A stretch of DNA of 64,000 nucleotides from contig CAMEIH010000001.1 of the NCBI GenBank assembly GCA_945917985.1, positions 43,984 to 107,983 of the forward strand, in the 5' to 3' direction. The position numbers were made by a program, and so were the translations under genes. A model generated the notes under the pieces. It had not been told where the DNA came from, searched no databases, and saw nothing but the letters and a program-made list of their open reading frames with translations. The stretch comes from an uncultured Clostridium sp. (GTDB lineage: Bacteria; Bacillota; Clostridia; Lachnospirales; Lachnospiraceae). Position 1 is the stretch's first letter. Each line of letters begins with the position of its first letter. Below are positions 1-10,263 of the stretch, piece after piece.

Positions 1-95
1 TGTCCAAACATATCAGTGAACTGCAGTCGGATAAATTCCACATCTTCATCCTTCACAAGCTCCATGATATCTTCTTTGGTATAATGCTTATGCAT
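1..95 (-). CDS. glnA: Glutamine synthetase type I, 5' end (runs off window)
   Basis: Manual translation MHKHYTKEDIMELVKDEDVEFIRLQFTDMFG matches the GSI N-terminus; GGAGG RBS upstream. Not in ORF track. Confidence 0.9.
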   Translation of the reverse strand, partial: MHKHYTKEDIMELVKDEDVEFIRLQFTDMFG

Positions 96-164
96 ATGGC
101 TTCCTCCCTTTCCTTATTGTTTCGTATATACATATTCAGACTCCTTTACAGAATCTTATAAAGG

Positions 165-231
165 AAAAGCGCCCTTACAGCGATAGGCAATCTCTCAAAT
201 TACCTACCGCTGTAAGGACGCCTTTGTCCTT
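165..231 (-). promoter_or_regulatory. glnA leader: intrinsic terminator overlapped by an ANTAR-type hairpin
   Basis: Long stem GCGTCCTTACAGCGGTAGG/CCTATCGCTGTAAGGGCGC plus TTTT; overlapping hairpin AAGGAC-AAAGGC-GTCCTT (214-231) with a 6-nt loop carrying A1 and G4. Confidence 0.65.
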
Positions 232-235
232 ACCT

Positions 236-265
236 ATAATAGCAATGCTGCCGCGTGTTTGTCAA
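236..265 (-). promoter_or_regulatory. Sigma-A promoter of glnA
   Basis: TTGACA (265-260), 18 nt, TGn-TATTAT (241-236). Confidence 0.65.
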
Positions 266-276
266 TAGTAATTCTT

Positions 277-1422
277 CTACCAGTACTTTGCCAGCATCTC
301 TTCTGCTTCCAGTTCTGTCAGAGAAAAGATCGTTTCTAGCAATTCTTTCGTCTGTTCGATTTCAATATGGTCAGCCTTATTCTTCTCAATGGAATTCCTT
401 ATACTCTTTTCAATCTTTATTTTCAGTTGTGTATTTTCCCCAAAAAGATTCTCCGACTTCTCCTTCAATTCCTCATTCTTACTCTCCAGTTCTTCCTTCT
501 CTTCCATCAGTAATTTAAATGCAGGCTCCATCATCTTACGCACCTCCATATGAAGCTCCGGCTCATCCCTGAGCAGATAGTCGCAGGATCTGCTTAGAAA
601 ATCCAGTAGATTGATCCTTGCAGATTCTGTCAGTGTTCCGTTTTCTTTCTCACGATATACTATCATCATACATTTATGGATGAGGTCTGTCAATTCCTTT
701 CGGACAGTTTCCGGAACTGCCTTTTTCTGTCCGTCGCTCCCCTTCCTGCCTATGTTTTTTTTAAATCGTATCGGCAAGAAAGGAATCAGCATGTTCAGAT
801 GCTTTTCTTCAATCATCTCAGGTGTATATTCCTGCACCTTTAAAACCGGCGGCTGGTAGAGATAAGTGCTGCCATCCGAAAAACGGATACGTAAATTTCC
901 ATCCTCCTTCGTCCTTTCCGGATAGTTCAGATAGATCACGGCTGACTTTGGAAGTTCGATGTCATCTACTGCATTTCCGGAAGAACGTTCCTTTCTCCCA
1001 TGAACAAACGCGATATTCATGTCGTATTCCAGCATACGGAGCACCATATCCCGGTTCTTTTCCATCTGGCACTCAAAGTGATACAGATCCCGTCCCACTT
1101 TTAATAGAATGTCGGCATGGATGGAATTTAATGCCCTGACACTTACTTCCTGTACACGGTCCACCACATATTCCGTGGAGAGCAGCCTGGCTTTGACATC
1201 TACTGGATAAGCTTTGTGAAAGACTTCTTTAATCAGCGGCAGGACAAGCCACGGATGTACTTCCAACTCTCTCTTAAAAATCTCATCCCAGATAAAAAAC
1301 TGTCTCCTGACCTCCGGTGTCAGCTGTTCCAGAACTTCCTGCGGCAGCATGTCCTGATATATGACCGGCTCTTTTACTGCATCCTGTCTTTCTTCTTCAT
1401 TTTTCTTTTGCCTTTCCTCCAT
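277..1422 (-). CDS. Rpn-like PD-(D/E)XK nuclease / putative transposase family protein
   Basis: ADILL...YHFECQ motif, MVLRMLEY, PFLP motif, coiled-coil tail ending KYW; start moved to ATG 1422 behind GGGAGG. Confidence 0.75.
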   Translation of the reverse strand: MEERQKKNEEERQDAVKEPVIYQDMLPQEVLEQLTPEVRRQFFIWDEIFKRELEVHPWLVLPLIKEVFHKAYPVDVKARLLSTEYVVDRVQEVSVRALNSIHADILLKVGRDLYHFECQMEKNRDMVLRMLEYDMNIAFVHGRKERSSGNAVDDIELPKSAVIYLNYPERTKEDGNLRIRFSDGSTYLYQPPVLKVQEYTPEMIEEKHLNMLIPFLPIRFKKNIGRKGSDGQKKAVPETVRKELTDLIHKCMMIVYREKENGTLTESARINLLDFLSRSCDYLLRDEPELHMEVRKMMEPAFKLLMEEKEELESKNEELKEKSENLFGENTQLKIKIEKSIRNSIEKNKADHIEIEQTKELLETIFSLTELEAEEMLAKYW

Positions 1423-1505
1423 AAACAATAACCTCCCTATTACTTTTTGAACCTGTAAATAGGAAGGTATCACAAAAAGCGAAAAACAGATGACCATACC
1501 ACTAC

Positions 1506-1641
1506 TTACAGTTCTGCCAACAAAATGAAATCATACGGCGATAAGCCATGAAACTTATCACGTCCCCTTCCGGGAACCAAGAACGTGCCCCAGATATTAG
1601 AAATAAATAAGCACGTTTATTTTCATTTACCATAGCAGAAC
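1506..1641. repeat. Structured palindromic element (REP/MITE-like), copy 1
   Basis: Ends TTACAGTTCTGC...GCAGAAC; internal stems AAATGAAA/TTTCATTT, GATAAG/CTTATC, AACGTGC/GCACGTT. Confidence 0.55.
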
Positions 1642-1793
1642 CAGCGGGCAAACGCAATGGTTTCTATCAAATTTGTTTTCTACTGAAGATAACTGTTGTC
1701 AATCTGCACAAACCTCTTTCTCTTACTGTTTATCGTACTTTTCAAATTCTTTATTTTGTTTATAAGTAAAAATAAGATAAATTTTCGTCATAT

Positions 1794-2330
1794 TTACATC
1801 TTGCTTTTTTGAATTTCATCTATTATTGCTTTTCTAAACATTGTCCTGCATATTTTCTTTCCGGATTCTGTTCTGAATATTGATTGATAAGCATTTTGTA
1901 TTGAGGTGGCTAAGCTGCCTTCTTCGTAAAGATTTACAAGGAAGTCCGCTTCCACCAGAATCCGGTAATCCATTCCGTCTATATCGTTGTAAGTATGGTG
2001 GTGTCCCACAAGATAGGATATCCGGCCTATCTGCTGTTCTTCAAAATTGCATTTTCTCAGTAAAAGTTCTGCCTGCTCCGGACCAAGCTCCTCCTGAAGC
2101 TTACCATTACACTTCCCGTATCTTTCTTCAGCCGGTTTTATTCCCACATCATGCACATAAGCCGCCGCTTCCAAAATAACCATCTGCTCATCGGTTAAAG
2201 ACTCCATATGACCGATCAGCTTAGCCAGACTATGTACCTTTATAAAATGCTGTATTCTCTTAGGGTCACCCGAAAAATACTCCAGCATATTTATATACAG
2301 CAAATCCAATTTATTTAAATTTTCATACAT
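1794..2330 (-). CDS. HD domain phosphohydrolase
   Basis: H...AAYVHDVG...HHHT...EAD motifs. Confidence 0.85.
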   Translation of the reverse strand: MYENLNKLDLLYINMLEYFSGDPKRIQHFIKVHSLAKLIGHMESLTDEQMVILEAAAYVHDVGIKPAEERYGKCNGKLQEELGPEQAELLLRKCNFEEQQIGRISYLVGHHHTYNDIDGMDYRILVEADFLVNLYEEGSLATSIQNAYQSIFRTESGKKICRTMFRKAIIDEIQKSKM

Positions 2331-2487
2331 ATGATCACCCTCCATTCCTACAGTGCAGAATCACGCACTAATTGTAACGTATTGAAAGGAGAAACACAAG
2401 ATTCACAAAAATTGTATCCTTTTCTCTGTCATAAATCATACTCTGTGATAATAGTATAGTAAAAAGAATGAAATCGGTGATATTCAC

Positions 2488-2970
2488 ATGAGTTCCAAAA
2501 CCAAAATTGTTGTACTCCATCTGAAAGAATTAATATATACGGGGATTTTCGTATTATTCGGCATCCTGTTTATTATTATGCTGATCATTATGTTCATGCC
2601 GGATAAAAAGAAGGAAGAAACCTCTGTGGAAACTCCGGCAGCCACCTACGTGCCCGGAATATATACGACATCCCTGATCATCAATGACAACGTGGTGGAC
2701 GTGGAAGTAACCGTGGACGAAACCAATATAAACGATATCCGCATTGTCAATCTGGATGAGGCCGTGACCACCATGTTCCCGCTCCTTGAGCCATCCTTTG
2801 ACGATTTGGCAAAACAGATCATCGCAAACCAGTCTCTTGAGAATATTACATATTCCGATGACAATAAATATACTTCCATGGTGCTCTTTAATGCCATCAA
2901 AGCTTCCCTTGAGAAAGCCGCATCGCCTTCTCCTTCGGCAAGCCCCTCAGCATCGCCAAAAGCATCATAA
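2488..2970 (+). CDS. Membrane-anchored hypothetical protein (FMN-binding-like fold possible)
   Basis: N-terminal TM, YVPGIYT...VDVEVTV pattern, Ser/Pro tail. Confidence 0.7.
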   Translation: MSSKTKIVVLHLKELIYTGIFVLFGILFIIMLIIMFMPDKKKEETSVETPAATYVPGIYTTSLIINDNVVDVEVTVDETNINDIRIVNLDEAVTTMFPLLEPSFDDLAKQIIANQSLENITYSDDNKYTSMVLFNAIKASLEKAASPSPSASPSASPKAS

Positions 2971-3002
2971 TCCGGAAATAAGATGATCGTTCGTAATTGA
3001 AA

Positions 3003-3032
3003 CGGTGCGACCTGTCGGTCGCACCGCTTTTT
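3003..3032 (+). terminator. Intrinsic terminator
   Basis: CGGTGCGACC-TGTC-GGTCGCACCG followed by T run between convergent genes. Confidence 0.85.
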
Positions 3033-3044
3033 CCTACAAATATT

Positions 3045-3719
3045 CTACTTCCAGTACTTTTCTATATATTCTTTTGCCTTTTCCTCCGGCAGATTGAACT
3101 TCTCGGTTATTTTTGTTTTGGTATTCGTTTTTGAAATTGCCAATTCTCTACATGTTTCAATCACGGCTTGTATTCCCCGTTCAAGACCCTGTTCACGTCC
3201 CAATTCAAGCCCTTTATTAATTCCAACATCAAGAATATCCATTCTAACTGCCTCCCATTCTTCGGATTCTTTAACCTCTGAAACAATTGCATCAATTTCC
3301 AAAAGCCTTTTATCCTTTATCAAAATATCGGGGTTTTCAATATCTGTCTTTTTCATATATTGTAGCAGACTTATCAATTCTTTGGAACCGTTTTTACTCG
3401 TCATATTCAAAAAAATTTTGGTAGTCCCATCCTCCAGTCTCAGCCCTTTTACCTCCTCACACTGTTCAACAAAAGTATATTTGGCCAGGTCTTTCTTAAA
3501 AATATCATCCTGAGTAATAAAAATGATTGTGCTGGAAGGAAGCTGTCTGTACTTCGTTCTTTTACCGGACTTTAGTACAGGACTATCCATTAATCCCTGA
3601 TAAAATCTGGAGCGCTTTGGTATAGAATCCTGATCCGTATCATTTTGCATTTCCATATATGTTTTACAATGTCTTTTAAACCTCCGAAAAGCTTCTGCTT
3701 TGTATATCTTATCTCTCAA
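3045..3719 (-). pseudogene. 5'-truncated Rpn family PD-(D/E)XK nuclease
   Basis: EMQ...PKRSRFYQ, IIFITQDD, IFLN motifs and GLELGREQGLERG tail present; N-terminal part and PD motif absent, no good RBS. Confidence 0.7.
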
Positions 3720-3731
3720 AACATATCTTTT

Positions 3732-4478
3732 TTATTCTTTTTCTAATATTTTTTTGAACAACTGAACTCTGTTATTTACTCCCAGCTTACGATAAATATT
3801 CAGCGAATGCTTCTTAAAGGTATTGATACTGATCACCAGCTGGTCGCAGATCTCTTCCTTGGATTTTCCCTCCATAATGCATTGAAGTACCATTTCCTCT
3901 CTCTTGGTAAGCTGAAATTCCTCCGCCGCACCAACAATCGTCCACTTATGGGGATTGTTAATGCGCATCTGCCTTTCCTTTGAAAGCCGGAAGGATAAAT
4001 GATCGCGCAGCATATCTACAAAGAAAATATCGTCATACTCAAAATTATCTTTGCCGATAGAGCGATACAGAGTAGCAAGGCCAAGGAACTGCTTATCCTT
4101 TGCCAGAACAATCTGCATGGAATAATGCCAGTTGTTGGATTTATATATCTTCTGATAATATTCACTTTCTTTTCTTTTTTCGTCATCTATGATATCTGTT
4201 TCACGGTACACCATACTCTTCCCACTGTAGAGAACCCCTCTGCTGTAATCCAGCTCATCATACTCTCCGGACACACCGTCGCAATTGTAGGAAACAGGGT
4301 TCTCCAGACCAAACTCTCTGTCATCGGCTGCCAGATAAAAATCTGCTGCATCAAAATCAATCAGCATTTTAAGCTGTTCCAGAAAAAGAGTTCTCATCTC
4401 TTTTTCATCTTCTGTGGTATAGATCTTGTAGATGATACTGTTCAGCACCAGCCAGTCATTGGTATCCAATGTTTTCAT
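3732..4478 (-). CDS. LuxR-type helix-turn-helix transcriptional regulator with GAF-like N-terminus
   Basis: C-terminal LTKRE...ISINTFKKH...IYRKLGV. Confidence 0.85.
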   Translation of the reverse strand: MKTLDTNDWLVLNSIIYKIYTTEDEKEMRTLFLEQLKMLIDFDAADFYLAADDREFGLENPVSYNCDGVSGEYDELDYSRGVLYSGKSMVYRETDIIDDEKRKESEYYQKIYKSNNWHYSMQIVLAKDKQFLGLATLYRSIGKDNFEYDDIFFVDMLRDHLSFRLSKERQMRINNPHKWTIVGAAEEFQLTKREEMVLQCIMEGKSKEEICDQLVISINTFKKHSLNIYRKLGVNNRVQLFKKILEKE

Positions 4479-4528
4479 ATATGTCCCTCCCCGCTTACCA
4501 TTTTCGTTTCATAGGAGATTCAGAATAC

Positions 4529-4562
4529 AAAAAAAGCAGCTTCCCTGTTAAGGTAACTGCTT
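4529..4562 (-). terminator. Probable terminator after nadE
   Basis: AAGCAG...CTGCTT imperfect stem with A run on the + strand. Confidence 0.55.
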
Positions 4563-4618
4563 CTTTGCAACTTTTTTACATCATAAACCAAATTCACGAT
4601 TTTTGCAAGCAAAATCGC

Positions 4619-6529
4619 TTACAATGCCTCCACCTGCTCCATCCATATCCTCACACAGGCATCAGACGGCATTCGAAGATCGCCTCTCGGAGAAACCGCA
4701 ACACTTCCCACTTTAGGCCCGTCCGGCAGACAGGAACGCTTGAACTGCTGTGCAAAAAATCTCCGATAAAAGGTCTTTAACCACTTTAAGATCACTGCAT
4801 CCTCGTACTGACCTGCAAAGGATTGTCTTGCAATCCTGTAAATTTTTGAGGGTTCAAAACCGCATCGCAACATATAATACAGGAAAAAGTCATGCAGCTC
4901 ATAAGGTCCCACCAAATCCTCCGTTTTCTGGGATATTTTACCGTCCACTGGAGGAAGGAGTTCCGGGCTTACCGGCGTATTCAAGACATCCAGCAACACT
5001 CCCGCAAGCGCCTTATCCTCACAGGTGTCCGCATAATACCGGACAAGATGACGCACCAGCGTCTTGGGCACCCCTGCATTCACACCGTACATGGACATGT
5101 GATCTCCGTTATAAGTAGCCCAGCCGAGAGCCAGTTCCGACATGTCACCGGTGCCGATCACAAGGCCGTTTTCCCTGTTGGCGATATTCATAAGGACCTG
5201 TGTTCTCTCCCTTGCCTGCCCGTTTTCATAAGTCACGTCGTGATTATCCATATCCTGTTTGATATCCCGGAAATGAATGGTAACCGCTTCCTTGATATCC
5301 ACTTCTTCCAGCGTAGCCCCCAGTGTCTTTGAAAGCTTACAGGCATTCTCATAGGTTCTGTCTGTGGTTCCAAAGCAAGGCATAGTCACTGCAATAATAT
5401 TTTCTCTGGGAAGCCCCAGCATATCAAAAGCCCGCACAGTCACCAGCAGTGCCAGTGTGGAATCCAGACCTCCTGAAATGCCGAGCACGGCTTTCCTGCA
5501 TCCTGTATGCTGATATCGTTTTTTCAGCCCATAGGACTGAATGGACAAAATTTCATTGCACCTTTCATCTCTCTCTTTCGGATCCCCCGGGACAAAGGGC
5601 GTTGCAGGAAAGGTTCTTGTCAGAGAAGTCTCCTCTTCCTTCAGGGAAAAAGATATCCGTAAATAATCTGTATTGTCGTCGGGAACAAAGGTATTCATTC
5701 TCCGCCTCTCCATACGGAGCCTGTGAATATCCACATCCCCATAGATCGTCTGATTTTCAAATCGTTTTGCCTGTGTCAGCACAGTACCGTTTTCCGCAAT
5801 GATGTTATGACCGCCAAACACAAGGTCCTGAGTGGATTCCCCCTCCCCTGCGCTGGTATAAATATATCCCGCGATCAGCTTTGCACTTGCAGATTTCACC
5901 AGAAGCTCTCTGTAAGCGTCCTTCCCTATGGTCTCATTGGAGGCTGACAGGTTTACAAAAAGCGTAGCTCCCGCTTTTGCATGGAAAACGGAAGGGGAAT
6001 CAGGGACCCAGATATCCTCGCAGATCTCACATCCCACCACAAGACCGTCCATTCCGTCTGCCTGAAACAGGATATGACTTCCGAAAGGAATTTTTTCTCC
6101 CTCAAAATCCATCATAACAGCTTTCTCATTTCCCGGAAGGAAATGGCGCGTCTCATAAAACTCACCGTAGGAAGGAATAAACATTTTGGGAATAAAAGCA
6201 AGAATCTTTCCGTCAGACAAAGCCGCAGCTACATTGTAAAGCTTGCCCTCTCTCTCAAGGGGAAGTCCCACAAAGACAAGGGCATCCTTTCCTCTTGTCT
6301 GCTCCGCAATCCTTTTCAGCTGCTGCCTGCAGGACATAAGAAGCGCTTCCTGCAAAAAAAGATCGTTGCAGGTATAACCACTGATACAAAGTTCGGGAAA
6401 CACAAGAACCTTTGCTCCCGCACTAACCGCTTCCCCGATTTTTTCACAAATCTGATCTGTATTGTAAATCGTATCTGCCACCCTAATATCCGATGTTATG
6501 GCAGCCACCTTTAAGAATCCATGTTTCAT
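4619..6529 (-). CDS. nadE: Glutamine-dependent NAD(+) synthetase
   Basis: Nitrilase-like domain (FPEL, EICEDIW) plus synthetase domain ([16 protein letters not shown]). Confidence 0.95.
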   Translation of the reverse strand: MKHGFLKVAAITSDIRVADTIYNTDQICEKIGEAVSAGAKVLVFPELCISGYTCNDLFLQEALLMSCRQQLKRIAEQTRGKDALVFVGLPLEREGKLYNVAAALSDGKILAFIPKMFIPSYGEFYETRHFLPGNEKAVMMDFEGEKIPFGSHILFQADGMDGLVVGCEICEDIWVPDSPSVFHAKAGATLFVNLSASNETIGKDAYRELLVKSASAKLIAGYIYTSAGEGESTQDLVFGGHNIIAENGTVLTQAKRFENQTIYGDVDIHRLRMERRRMNTFVPDDNTDYLRISFSLKEEETSLTRTFPATPFVPGDPKERDERCNEILSIQSYGLKKRYQHTGCRKAVLGISGGLDSTLALLVTVRAFDMLGLPRENIIAVTMPCFGTTDRTYENACKLSKTLGATLEEVDIKEAVTIHFRDIKQDMDNHDVTYENGQARERTQVLMNIANRENGLVIGTGDMSELALGWATYNGDHMSMYGVNAGVPKTLVRHLVRYYADTCEDKALAGVLLDVLNTPVSPELLPPVDGKISQKTEDLVGPYELHDFFLYYMLRCGFEPSKIYRIARQSFAGQYEDAVILKWLKTFYRRFFAQQFKRSCLPDGPKVGSVAVSPRGDLRMPSDACVRIWMEQVEAL

Positions 6530-6555
6530 ACACTAACTCCGTTTTTATTTTGAAA

Positions 6556-7434
6556 TTATCTGGCTCTCTTTAACATATCCTTCAGTTCTTCCACAGTAAA
6601 TCGATAAGAGGAATTGCAGAACTGACAATTCACCTCAATCTCCTTGCCCTCGTTTATCATCTCTTCAATATCCTTCCTGCCGATACTGATGATTGCCTTC
6701 TCCACTCTTTCTTTATCACAATTACAGTGGAAACGACATGGAATCGTGTCCGTGATCACAAGATCAAGTCCGTCAAGCAACATGGCAAGCATTTCCTCCG
6801 GTGTCTTTCCTTCATCAAGAACGGTTGTCACCGTAGAAAAAGCCTGCAGATTATTCTCAAGCCTTGAGATGACTTCCTCCTCAGCAAAAGGCATCAGCTG
6901 GATGATAAAGCCGCCTGCCTGTTTTACGGTATTATCCTTTTCCATCAGAACACCAAGTCCCACGCTGGAAGGCACCTGCTCGGAGGTTGCAAAGTAATAG
7001 GTCAGATCCTCCGCAATCTCACCCGACTGTAAGGTAGTTTGTCCCACATAGGGCTCTTTTAATCCCATATCCTTGATCACACGAAGGCTCCCCTGTCCGA
7101 TGGCGCCGCCCACATCAAGTTTTCCCACGAGATTGGGAGGCAGCATCACCTGAGGTTCAATGGCATATCCCTTCACATCCCCCCTGGCATCGGCAGTCAC
7201 TGTCATGCCTTTTAAGGGGCCGTCTCCGCTGACCTGTAAAGTCAACAAATCGTCCTCCCCTTTCAACATGGAGCCCATCATAACGCCGCCGGTGAGAAGT
7301 CTTCCGAGAGCTGCCGATACCACAGGGCTTGTATTATGTGTCATTCTTGCTGTTTCCACCAGATTTCTGGTCGTAGCGGCAAAAGCCCTGATCTGGGCAT
7401 TTGCCGCCGTTGCTCTTACAATATAGTCAGTCAA
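6556..7434 (-). CDS. hslO: Hsp33 redox-regulated chaperone
   Basis: ALGRLLT, SEQVPS, CxC...CxxC zinc motif. Confidence 0.95.
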   Translation of the reverse strand: MTDYIVRATAANAQIRAFAATTRNLVETARMTHNTSPVVSAALGRLLTGGVMMGSMLKGEDDLLTLQVSGDGPLKGMTVTADARGDVKGYAIEPQVMLPPNLVGKLDVGGAIGQGSLRVIKDMGLKEPYVGQTTLQSGEIAEDLTYYFATSEQVPSSVGLGVLMEKDNTVKQAGGFIIQLMPFAEEEVISRLENNLQAFSTVTTVLDEGKTPEEMLAMLLDGLDLVITDTIPCRFHCNCDKERVEKAIISIGRKDIEEMINEGKEIEVNCQFCNSSYRFTVEELKDMLKRAR

Positions 7435-8276
7435 TCTTTTTTCCTCCCGGCAACAATGTAAATTCTCTCGCTTTCTTTTCCCGGTGCCTCATGGGTATCC
7501 GCATCCAGTGTAAGCAGAATCTCCATTCCTGCTCCTTTTACAAAATGCTCCATCTCAGGGAGCGTATATCCTCTCTGAAAATGGGTCTCACTGAACCTTC
7601 GAAACAGTTCCTCTTTTTCTTCTTTTGCAAAAATCGTGAGATCATATTCATTGATATGCTCTTCCGGATGATAATAATTTTCCCAGATAAAGCTGCAATT
7701 ATCACGATTTTCAGCGATCGTGTCATCGCCGATCACTGTCTCGTACTTATAAACCGTGTTAAAGTCGAAAATGAAAAGTCCGCCCGGATACAGATAATTA
7801 TTCACCAGCGAAAAAGTATCTTCTACATCTTCATCCTCCAAAAGATAGTTGATACTGTCACAAACGCTGATCACGGTTCCCACCGTACTGTAGAGATCCA
7901 GATCTCTCATATCCTGGCAGAGATACAAGATCTCGCTTCCGGATTTTTCTTTCTTTTCCATGGCAATCCGAAGCATCTCCTCCGAATTGTCGATTCCCAT
8001 CATATCATAGCCTTTTTCATAAAGGAGCTCTGTCAAAGTACCGGTTCCGCACCCGAGATCAAGAACCAGATTTCTCTCGGAGGCAAGCAATGCTTCCGTT
8101 TCCGATTCGTTTTTTTCCTCCATGCCCTTTCCGCAGTCCGAGCTTTTTACAGGCTTTGAGATCCCATACTTTTCAATCAGACCGGCAATAAAATCAGCCC
8201 ATTTTTCATAAGGGGTATCGTCCATAAAGGTATCGTAAACTTCCGCAAAATCTGTGTAGGCTTCCATTCCTTCCAC
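7431..8276 (-). CDS. Class I SAM-dependent methyltransferase
   Basis: VLDLGCGTG motif; CDSINYL. Confidence 0.9.
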   Translation of the reverse strand: MEGMEAYTDFAEVYDTFMDDTPYEKWADFIAGLIEKYGISKPVKSSDCGKGMEEKNESETEALLASERNLVLDLGCGTGTLTELLYEKGYDMMGIDNSEEMLRIAMEKKEKSGSEILYLCQDMRDLDLYSTVGTVISVCDSINYLLEDEDVEDTFSLVNNYLYPGGLFIFDFNTVYKYETVIGDDTIAENRDNCSFIWENYYHPEEHINEYDLTIFAKEEKEELFRRFSETHFQRGYTLPEMEHFVKGAGMEILLTLDADTHEAPGKESERIYIVAGRKKD

Positions 8277-8285
8277 GCCTTTCTT

Positions 8286-9131
8286 CTATTCTCCAAGCTT
8301 CATGGCAATCACAAATCCGACGGCAAAAGTAACAAGACTTGTGAGTACTGCAAGTACGGTGATAACGCCAAGCTCCGAAACCATCAAGATGGCAAAGGGA
8401 GAAGCCACAATCAGACCAATGATGGCCCAGAAGGCCTGCAAAGGAAACTTTTCAAAGATAATTTCGATGATTTTGGCAATCACAAAAATGCCCACGATGA
8501 TACCGATTCCCATAGGGATCAGGATACCGCAGCATCTAAGGATCTCAGGTATATTGAAGGAGACAAGTGCTTCTACAAACTCTTTTATAGTGGCAACAAT
8601 GGGATTATAGTAGCCGATCACAAGAAGAATCATGGAACCACTGACTCCGGGGATAACCATAGTAGCGGAGGCAAGCACGCCTACCAGGAACAATTTAATC
8701 ACAGACCATACACTGAGCGTCAGATCTGCCGCCTGCCCTTCTGTTTCCCCCATGGCCGCCATACCGATCACCAGCGCAAAGAAGATCAGAAATGCAATTC
8801 CGTGACTGATTTTGACTTTATTGCCCTTTACCTTCTTCCACACGGCTGGCAGCCCCCCTACGATCAAACCGATGAACAGTCCATTGGTCTGCAGGGGAAA
8901 ATGTTCAAACGCAGGTGTGATGATGAAGGATAATCCCACCAGTGCAATCGCAGCACCAAGCAGTATGGGAATCAGAAATTTAATGCTTTCCTTTAACTCC
9001 TTAAACAAATGGGTGAGGCAATGGATCAGCTTGTCATAAATTCCCATGGAAACCGCCATGGTTCCTCCGCTGACTCCGGGGATAATATTGGCCAGGCCGA
9101 TTACCATTCCCTTTAATAAGTTCTTAATCAT
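8286..9131 (-). CDS. DUF368 family membrane protein (putative undecaprenyl-phosphate translocase)
   Basis: Duplicated IPGVSGG/IPGVSGS motifs, multiple TM helices. Confidence 0.9.
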   Translation of the reverse strand: MIKNLLKGMVIGLANIIPGVSGGTMAVSMGIYDKLIHCLTHLFKELKESIKFLIPILLGAAIALVGLSFIITPAFEHFPLQTNGLFIGLIVGGLPAVWKKVKGNKVKISHGIAFLIFFALVIGMAAMGETEGQAADLTLSVWSVIKLFLVGVLASATMVIPGVSGSMILLVIGYYNPIVATIKEFVEALVSFNIPEILRCCGILIPMGIGIIVGIFVIAKIIEIIFEKFPLQAFWAIIGLIVASPFAILMVSELGVITVLAVLTSLVTFAVGFVIAMKLGE

Positions 9132-9156
9132 AATTCTCTCTCCTTGTCATAAAATA

Positions 9157-10209
9157 TTATTTCAGATATTCCTTTAAAAAAGAAAGTAAACGATCCATCT
9201 GTTCATCGGTACCGATAGTAATCCGAAGACGGTTGTCGATTCTTTTCTTATTCCAGTAGCGCACATAGATTCCGTTTTCCTTGAGAACCCTGAAAAGCTC
9301 CTGCGCCGGTACGGTTTTGTGGGTGGCAAAAAGGAAATTGCTCTTTGAATCCGTAAAATCGAACCCAAGCTCCTTCAGTTCTCCCTTTACTCTCTCTCTT
9401 GTTGCGATGATTCTGTTTACCGTTTCCTTAAAATAGGCATCGTCTTTTACCGCTTCCACACCCATCTCGATCGCCGGCATATTCAAGGTGTAGGAATTGA
9501 AGGAAAACTTGGCATCCTTCAGATATCCGATTAGCTTTTCACTTCCCATGGCAAAGCCGATTCGCATACCGGCAAGTGCCCTTGACTTGGAAAAGGTCTG
9601 CACCACCAGTAGATTGTCATATTTATCAATCAGCGGAAGCACACTCTCACCGCCAAAATCCACATAGGCCTCATCAATGATCACAACCACATCCCGGTTT
9701 GCACGGATGATCTCCTCGATCATATCTACCGATTCCAGCACACCTGTGGGTGCATTGGGATTGGGAAAAATGACACCGCCGTTTGGCACCATATAGTCCT
9801 CTTTTTTCATGTGGAAATCATCTGTCAAAGCACAGGTCTTATAGGGGATCCTGTAAAGCTCTGCCCACACATCATAAAAAGAATATGTTATGTCGGGAAA
9901 CAGAATCGGTTTGTCCGAATTAAAAAAGGTCATAAAGGACATGGCAAGCACATCATCGCTTCCCACCCCCACAAAAATCTTTGCAGGGTCCACATGATAA
10001 TATTCGGAGAGGCTGTTTACCAGCTTTTCCGCATTCATATCCGGGTACAGACGAAGGTCACCACAGTTCATCTCTTCCGCTCTCTTCGCCACACCGGGAG
10101 CCGGAGGATAGGGGCATTCATTCGTATTTAATTTAATGATATTATGATTCTTTGGCTGCTCTCCTGCAACATAAGGTTCTACTTTCCTCACATTTGCTTC
10201 CCAGCTCAT
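9157..10209 (-). CDS. hisC: Histidinol-phosphate aminotransferase
   Basis: KLNTNE, NPNAPTG, DEAY, TFSKSRALAGMRIG. Confidence 0.92.
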   Translation of the reverse strand: MSWEANVRKVEPYVAGEQPKNHNIIKLNTNECPYPPAPGVAKRAEEMNCGDLRLYPDMNAEKLVNSLSEYYHVDPAKIFVGVGSDDVLAMSFMTFFNSDKPILFPDITYSFYDVWAELYRIPYKTCALTDDFHMKKEDYMVPNGGVIFPNPNAPTGVLESVDMIEEIIRANRDVVVIIDEAYVDFGGESVLPLIDKYDNLLVVQTFSKSRALAGMRIGFAMGSEKLIGYLKDAKFSFNSYTLNMPAIEMGVEAVKDDAYFKETVNRIIATRERVKGELKELGFDFTDSKSNFLFATHKTVPAQELFRVLKENGIYVRYWNKKRIDNRLRITIGTDEQMDRLLSFLKEYLK

Positions 10210-10263
10210 ATTGATCCTCCCTGCACTTTTCGCAAAATATTCCTACTTATGGTATCATTATCA

